Shown: piece by piece, positions 56,101 to 64,000 of the stretch | How positions within the stretch are numbered: the stretch's first letter is position 1 | How the letters are laid out: each line of letters opens with the position of its first letter | NCBI GenBank assembly: GCA_030141605.1 | Contig: JAQGDQ010000248.1 | Span: 124,001 to 188,000, forward strand | Reading direction: 5' to 3' | Length of the DNA: 64,000 bases | Source: Tubiluchus corallicola | Lineage: Eukaryota > Animalia > Priapulida | Position numbers and translations under genes: made by a program | Notes under the pieces: model-generated | Database searches by the model: none | What the model saw: the letters and a program-made list of their open reading frames with translations, nothing else | Told to the model about the DNA's origin: nothing

Positions 56101-59100
56101 AAACCAATGTGCTACAAACAAACGATGCAACAAACCTTTTCTTTTGCTCGTATACAGCAAAAAACATTGCGGAGTGTCCTTGCGCCATCTGGCGAATAAC
56201 TGAAGTAAATTCCCTCAAATGTCACAATCCCGTGTTGAGGCCAGTACGACTGCGGTTTCTGAGCTTCTATCTCCCACGGAGCTTCCGTGGGAATAGCCTT
56301 GAATGCAAGCATCCGCTGCACTGATGCCATCTACGATGAAAAATGTCCATTAATGAAACAAGTAAATACCACACCAGCTTAACAATTCTGCTATTGTTCT
56401 CCATTAACCTCTTCCCTTTTGAAATAAGTTCTTCACTCTTGAAATAAACAATCTTGAAATGTCAATCTTCCCTGCTGTTCAATTTGTATTGTTTGGTTCA
56501 TGAAGTGTGCTTAGTGTGAGCAGGTATCGTTCCTACTGGTATACGATCAATTAATTTGCATATTAAGCAGAATGGTACAGTCACGTCATACAGGCCAGTC
56601 AGAATAACATTTGCATTTAATGCAATGAATTACTTCTGCACTAAATTTCATTGAACTGATGGATATATATATAAATATTGAATTCCTGCCAAACGTATGT
56701 CCATCGGTAAAACTGTGGCTTACCTGAGACTCCAGCTCTGCACTTTGTCTGACCATCCATTGAAAGTAAGAAAAGAGTGATATTGCATAGGCAACTGTCA
56801 GTCCAACTGTACCACTTGTCTGAGCTAAAATTTAAAAAATAATAAAAAAATGAACCATATCTTATTCGAATCAGTCGAAATTAGTATTCAGTTTTTATTA
56901 AAAAGTTATATCAAATAGGATTTTTAGAAAAAATGTAAAATAAGTATTGATTTTTTTTCATTTAGATATCTTTTTCTTGCCTCTTAGTGTTCTACCAAAA
57001 AGCTGCAAAAATTGACTTAAAAAGCTAAAACATAAAATAACCCTCTTCACAAATTTCTAAGAACTTGACATGTGCAAGTATGGACAGAAATTTTGCAGAA
57101 TTCTGTAGAAATGAAAGTTCATTTAACATTTAAAAGCTATTTGAAGACATATGCCATCCTTATTATTGTGACTGAAAAGGTATCAGACGATGTGCCCATT
57201 CAGAGTAAACAAACGCACAGAGGAAAGGTGTGTCTGGGGAAATACATGATGTAAGTAAGTGATAAGGTCATGTGACACAGCTGGTCTAAACAGGTATTTT
57301 AGACGACTAATTAAAAGAAATTAAAGGAAACTCCAAAACAGGGTGCCGTGAATTTCTATTAACAGTTTTTGAAAATTTGATTTTTTGTCTGTAATTTAGA
57401 CTACCGCACATAGCTAGAAATTATCATTATAAATAAAACTATAGTGGAATTTGTAAAACTTGAAAAGATCTACAAACAGTTATAAAGTCTGTGAAAAAAA
57501 TATAAAAGCATTCAACAAGTGGCTATTTTTACACAGCTGTACACTAGAGAGATCCATATTTTTCCATGCATAATTTCTAAGTGTGAAATCATACACACCA
57601 TCAGCTGTAAAGATGACGCTGAAGGAAACAACTGTCACAAACAACGAGCAAAGCAGATCCAGTCTGATCGCAAACCAGCGCGAAGTTGTCAAAAACAGCC
57701 ACCAGGCTGAGCTGTGCAAGTCTATGTGGCAGAACAACAGCTCGGTGTAGTAGTCGTTATTGCCATACACATGAACTGTAGGAAGACCTTGAAGACTTGA
57801 GCTGATGAAGTTAAATACAGGTCTACGGGCTGCAACAACAACATATTAAAGATATAAATGTAAATGTTAGTTACAATTCACTTCATTGCAGCACGATTAA
57901 TCTGTGGCCAGAAAGATTAAAGAAAGATCGGACGATTGTTTAGACTCAACCTCATTTTAATTTACTGTCCAAAATATACATTTTCTTGCCTATTATTGCT
58001 TGATTATTCTTGTACAGAGCTTTTTGTGAGTTTCTAAATATTACATGATTATCAGCAATGTCTAAAATACATTCTGACAACCAGTCATGTTTTGCCTACA
58101 GTGCTGCTTTAAAATACTAAAATCTATATACGCAGTTAACATAATTTCTCCCAAGATTGTAATCTCAAACTTATATTAAACTTAAGGTTAAGTACAGCTC
58201 TTATATCGCATTCACAGAAGTCGTGTCTTTTCTTGAATTGACCAGTTATACTGAACATTTTGCCTATTGCTGTTTGCTTTACTGTACTGCTGAAACTTCA
58301 ATACAAATACTGCAATTTTAATCATTCTGTAAAAATATGACCAAATTAGTACATTCATTGCAGTTTGGTTGACAATGCATTCCTCTGCAAATCAGACTAT
58401 CAGTATCATCATAAACAGTGCCATGCTAACAAATTAGAGCACAGGGCATAATAATCACATTTAAAAACATATTAGCAATTGAAAACATTTGTGACTATAA
58501 ATATTTTCTTAGAGTTCGAAAAAGAAAGATACAAAATTGCCAACAGAATAAAAAAAACCCACACAATTCTCAACGGAACATTTAAAAAACCATTGATTTA
58601 TGTATAAAAGATAGTAAGAAAATAAAGCATACTTATGGTCTCGAGGTACTTAATATCTTTGGCAGTTTGGGAGTAATATATTCGTAGCAGGAAGAACGTT
58701 ATCAACAATATTGCTACGGCTATCAATGTCCACGGTATGAAGACGGCGACTATAACTATGACTCCTAACACTTGCAAAAAGCACTGCAATAAACATGAAT
58801 AAAAGTGAAATCAGTAAAACTGAGAAACGAAAAAGGTCTTCAAATTAATGTTTAAATTATAAAGTTGTATTACTAAAAGTTACCACAAAAATACATATAA
58901 AGAACTTTACATGTCACTATTACAAACACACACAAACTTTTTACATGTGATAAGTGTTTGTGATATATGGCCACAAGAAGCACTGCACTGCAGTTACAGG
59001 CAATTTTTTTAACCTCTTCTGCAAAATTTAAATGAAGCCAGGAACCATATAAAGACAATTTAACTTGCAAAAATCGAGGTACTTTTATATTATGTTGAGG

Positions 59101-62100
59101 TCTGAATCAAAGCCACATATCAAATATATGAAACAGATTATATTATTGCCCACTTATAAAAAGTTAAGACTGCACAAGTTACAGCTGTGCAAATTTGAAA
59201 CCTGACACCAAAATTGACTTACTTCAAAAAAATCATACAAGGTAAAAGGAAGAAGGTCATCAACCACTGAACCATCTCGCGTAAATCGATTGATGATGGA
59301 CGCTAATAAAAAAAGCTCTAGTTAACTTTATAATCAACAGAAAATTTGGTTAGTTTAATAACTCGACTGAAATAGAAGAAGACCCACCAAAACATGGCTA
59401 ATAATGGTTTTACACTAAGAAAAAGAAATTGCCATACAATTAGTTCCATAAATTTAACTGTAAATTATAAAAAAATTATAACAAATTTCAAAACAGTTAT
59501 TACAGTTATGTCTGATATCATCTTTTCAGCCTAATATGATATCATCTAGTATCAGTCTCATTCAAGTACAGATATTAGAAGGCTTCATAATTACAAAACT
59601 TAGAAGAAGCTGATTTCAAAACGAGCAGGTGGTCGAGCATCATTAGCAAGCTAGAGACTCACCAGCATGAATTTCGTTAAAGCAAACACCAATGTGAAAT
59701 ACAATATGGAAACTCAGCTGCAATTCAATTTTGCAGGTGCTTATTTATAGAAAGGCATCATCAATAAATTTGTTAATGGATTAATATGCTCTATACCAAT
59801 GTCTTAAATGTCAACATAGATCTTCAACTCAACATTACTTACACATAAACTAGTAGAACCAGAATGATGAAACACGTTTATATTTCAATGTAAAAACACA
59901 CATGTTAACACAACAAGCTTCTAACTAACAACAAATACTCACTGGTTGGATTCAGTATAAAAAAGCACAAAGGTGCTTTCAAGATCTTCGCAAATACCAT
60001 ACTGTGCAGCCCGCTGGCTGCTAACACAGTCACGTGGAAAAATAGCACAGCACGTAGCAATCCAAACACTATGACGCCCCCTAGCAGGCCCGAGTACACA
60101 GCAATATTATCATATAAATCAAGTTCTAAACTTGACTTTGGCGACGATGTTGCATTACCCACTAACTCCTGCTGTATTCTGTAACTATCACACCTAAGTC
60201 AAATGAATAAACAATAAATAAGATTTGCATAAAATGAAACTAGAATGTCCTGTTTTCACCTAATGAAGCCATTTGTTAATCTGTTATGTTTTAAATAAAA
60301 TGTTTAAATAAACGGAAAATTTCTTTCTAGAATGTTGTAAACACTATTATTTCTAAATTATATGAAAATCTTACAAAAATTTTGATTAACACAATCTAAA
60401 AACTCTTTGAAAAAGAGCAGGGGCAGAACTTTGTGATATTTTGCCAGAATCTAACCAGATTCTCATAGTAAAATTTGACACAAATCCGGAGAACCGAGGT
60501 CTGCAGTAATGAGCATTGGTGCGAAAGTTTAAGCGAATGGATTTGGGGATTCGCGCATAGAAATTCTGGCCCTGAAAAGGATTTTGGACTTACCAGTTAG
60601 CCAGCCACCAATCGCTCAAATTGAAAGCTCCTTGAGCAAGCAGATTAAAAACAAATAACAAAAGAAACAGTAGTAAGCCTCCGCCGGCGTTAAAGTAACC
60701 ACGATATGTAGAGAAACCCTCGCTCTCGTCTTCTTCGTATTCTTCTTCTTCATCATCGTCAGGAAGAGTGGTTTGAAGAACCTCTGGCTGTAAAAATTCA
60801 GAGTAATGTAAAACAAGATGAGACTGATGAGCAGCACTTACTGCAATGTGTAAATAAGTAAACTAAATTCGTAAAACAATTTCTCCATACATAAGCGCGT
60901 AATCATGTCTTCTTGGTTTCTGCAGTTTAATTACTCAGACTCTTTCAACCATCGCTTTTTGCAAAGCATTACACAGCACCCTTTATGATGCTCAGGGATT
61001 TAAACATGGATTATGAGTCAAATGGGTCAAAGCACAGTAAATCAGTGTTTTCTGAGCAGGGGAAAGGGAAAATTTTTCAGTCTTAACTAACTATTTACAA
61101 TATTTTCTCATCTTATTGCAGCACAGCAGTTCAGGTCATATTAAAGCTCAAAACACCCAGTTGTGATAATAGGAATCAATTTAACTAGCCACCCAGAGTG
61201 CCAAGGAAAGTATATTTCTTGAATTTTATGTGTAATCAAGTCAGCTTTTACAAAAATTACTTTTCCTGTGGGCTAAGCCAAAATTTAGTGCACCAACAGG
61301 CGACAGCAGTGAGACAACAAGCAGTACCACCTGACAAGCTGCCAGACTTCCTGTCCAGGCTGAAAGCAAGTGCTTTAACATGTCTGCAAATCAGATGATC
61401 CAGTAATCACATTTATTCACAAAATACACATATTATTGAATGCTCTGTAAACTAAAGAAAATTGAACTTAGTTTTTTTCTTTATATGGTTTTATATTAAT
61501 ACTTCAGTAGTGTTTTAAGGGTAAAAATAATACTAAGCCCTTTGGTGCAGGACCAAAACTGTCTCTAGTCAGTTATCTGTTAATTCAGCAAAATCCCCCC
61601 AAAGGAGTCCTATTATAGATATTCAGTCTAATCATACCATGCATGTCCCATTAAACACAAAAAAGACATAGACTGCTGTTACACATTAGATATTATGCTA
61701 AATGTACAACCTCAAAAGCTGAAATTACCCTATTCAAAGCTGTATCTGCATCAAAAGCGTGTTACATGCACGACACGCGCGAAGGGAGCTATGCGCGTGT
61801 TTTTTGCATCTGTACTGGATGCGACTCGTAGCAATAGTAATTACAAAATGTGGGAAATAAGCAGCATTGTTTACATGGAAAAATAACCAAAATAAATGCA
61901 CAATCGATGGTAACTTTGTTGTGGAATCATGGATGAACGTCGTGCTGCTGCGCTACTTTTGCTTCGGCGCCGTTTAAACAAGAAAACTTGTTACGTTTTG
62001 TACACAAAAGCATACTGATAGTACAGTTTACACAACATTTCATGCGGACTATGTTTTAAATGTTTAGTCAATTTTTGTTTGCCTGAAAGACTACTGATTG

Positions 62101-63930
62101 ACTGCCTGACTAACTAATTGACTGACAGACCGATATGGGTAGCACGCACCTGAGCCACTGGGCTTTTCAAATTTCTTGAGGTAGAGAGCATAATAATCAT
62201 GAAAATTTTTCCACTGAGCTTGCACTCTTAACCTAGAAAGATAATTGGTTAACAAAGGCAGGCACAAATGTAGCAAAGAATAAAGAAATAAAGATCCAGA
62301 AAATCTTCATACAGTGGACAGCACGGAAAATGTACATTCGGACTAAACACGAGAAAAGACAAAATTTAACAAAGCTGTTAGCTTTTGGCAAGAGTATCTC
62401 ACAGAAATTACCTATTTGTAATTTCAAGTGCTTCTGCAATGTCTTTCCATGCGGTCTCCTTTTTATTTAAGTCTTTATATGATGGTGATGCGTAGCCCTA
62501 CAGACAAGCACAGCGTTGCACTTCAATTAATGAATTTTCATCCTCCATTTTGGATAAAACAATGGGACAAAGGTTCACAAAGGTAAATAGAAACAATTTC
62601 TATTTCTAAAAAATGCACGAAACTCGCTTAAAGCGCGCTTCTAGTGCAGGTCAACTGGATTAATATAACTAGTTCTTAAAATGTAGCGCGCGTAGCACAT
62701 GTCAGAGTAGTGCGTGTAGCACATGTCAGAGTAGCGCGCGTAGCACATGTCAGAGTAGCGCGAAGCACATGTCAGAATAGCGTGCGTAGCACATGTCAGA
62801 GTAGCGCGCTTTTGGTGCAGACATGCCTTAACTCTCTACCAATGTTATTATTTACCTGAGTTTCCACATCATTTGAACCCACGGCAGCAAATGTTCTTAA
62901 GCTCAGTATTGAGCCAGCTTGGCTGCTACATATACTGGAGTATTTGCTACTTGGCGGAACAATGTGCATTAGCGACACTTCGTCCTCGTCATCTTCTAAG
63001 ACGGAGGTGAAATTTACACCAGCATTTTTTAAATGATTATGCGTGCCAACGCCCATGATCTCCCCCTCTTTCAGAATCATGATGCGATCCGTGTAGCGCA
63101 GGTAAGTTACTTGGCTGATGACGAGGATGCGACACTTGCCACCTAGCAGCCCATTAATGCACCTGAGAAAAGCAGAAAGCTTACTTAAATTAACGTTAAT
63201 TAAGAACAAGAAACCACTGTCATGCAATCAGGAATTCATGGCACTTAATTACAGACCTGCCAACCAATTGATGTAAAAATGAGTATGAAATGTAGAAAGC
63301 CTGGGGATCATTTTGCCCTGTCAGAGTTGGGGTCGGGGTGGGGTTGTTGACAAATTGTGTTGCAGAAATTTTTTTTTTGTGTTTCAAAATCAAATTATCA
63401 AAAAATTAAGGCAAAAAATTAACGTAATTTTTGGGTACTAGTGAGCTTTCTAATGGCCCTATTATAATATATAAATATGTTCTTTTGTACACATGAAAAA
63501 GCTCAATAGCACCCAAGTGCTTAATTTCCAATAATGGCAATATCTTTGTGTAATAAACATCATTAGACGCATGAAAGCCACTGTATTATTGAAAATAATA
63601 GTGCTAATTGTATCACAGTTGGTGCTGATGGTAAAGGAAACCAGGTGATTTGCAAACTTGAATATTAAATTGCAAAATGCATGAGAAATGCGTATGCGCA
63701 AGTGAAAGACTTCATGTGAGTTTAACAATCCATAAGAGTTGATAGGTCAAAAACTACCTAGTCAAAGGCATCATAGCTTTCTCAACAAAATGCAGTGTAT
63801 GAGTAAAAGATTAAGTGTTATCAGTAGGGAGATATGAACTTACTTTTCAAAAATAAACCTGGCAGTTTCAACATCCATTGCAGCAAGTGGCTCATCCAAC
63901 AAATAAATATCAGCATTCTGGTATACGGCT
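53168..63930 (-). CDS. ABCC4: ABCC4/MRP4-like ABC transporter with degenerate nucleotide-binding motifs, 5'-partial (continues beyond 64000). Exons 5'->3': 63930-63844, 63162-62856, 60787-60594, 60193-59943, 59302-59223, 58783-58633, 57829-57599, 56824-56724, 56330-56136, 55213-55058, 54947-54858, 54532-54357, 53757-53652, 53455-53168
   Basis: [13 protein letters not shown] (end of NBD1), [48 protein letters not shown] (very close to recalled human ABCC4), [55 protein letters not shown]. No stops or frameshifts over 14 exons. The symbol marks the subfamily; this may be a divergent paralogue. Confidence 0.88.
55358..55680. mobile_element. Tc1/mariner-like terminal fragment; related end near 25614
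   Basis: TATTGGGTGGCCCAAAAAATGTGC resembles TATCGGGTGGCACAGAAAAATGTGC at 25614 and mariner-type TA-CAGGGTG termini. The other end was not found. Confidence 0.4.
60418..60574 (-). mobile_element. Family F hAT-like MITE, internally deleted copy
   Basis: CAGGGCAGAACTTT...GAAATTCTGGCCCTG; both halves match the ends of 15942-16568 in reverse. Confidence 0.7.
62683..62809. repeat. 24-bp CpG-rich tandem repeat, about 5 units (GTAGCGCGCGTAGCACATGTCAGA)
   Basis: Direct reading; lies about 45 nt into an ABCC4-like intron. Confidence 0.95.
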
Positions 63931-64000
63931 CTATAAGAACACAAGGCAAATAAAAACATTTATCTATAGAAGAATGGTAAACAAAACAATATGCTTGTTT

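Noticed and set aside
53168-63930. ABCC4-like gene as a pseudogene or a true CFTR orthologue
   Set aside because: Fourteen exons without disruption argue against a pseudogene. The NBD1-TMD2 linker is short with no R-domain or PKA-site cluster, and TMD2 is closer to ABCC4 than to CFTR.

Overview
AT-rich, intron-rich animal (probably non-insect invertebrate) genomic DNA. Five spliced protein-coding genes were reconstructed by hand from splice sites and reading phase: the 3' part of NAD synthetase NADSYN1 (+), complete eIF2-gamma EIF2S3 (+, 12 exons), complete LRR gene XRRA1 (-, 18 coding exons), complete NKAP (+, 7 coding exons) and the 3' half of an ABCC4/MRP4-like ABC protein (-). Introns are full of non-autonomous DNA transposons (TTAA-flanked, 8-bp-TSD hAT-like, Tc1/pogo-like), CR1-type LINE remnants and tandem arrays. 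Most notable: (1) the ABCC4-like gene keeps an intact ORF, but Walker A, Q-loop, Walker B and H-loop of NBD2 are all substituted, so it is a candidate pseudo-ATPase, channel or regulator; (2) NADSYN1 has a 245-aa low-complexity last exon with RVxF, NPF and PPxY motifs; (3) EIF2S3 intron 4 holds a palindromic element whose arms are divergent tRNA-like sequences; (4) the EIF2S3 exon 6/donor junction is tandemly repeated four times. Gene identities and reference motifs come from recalled family sequences, not from database searches.
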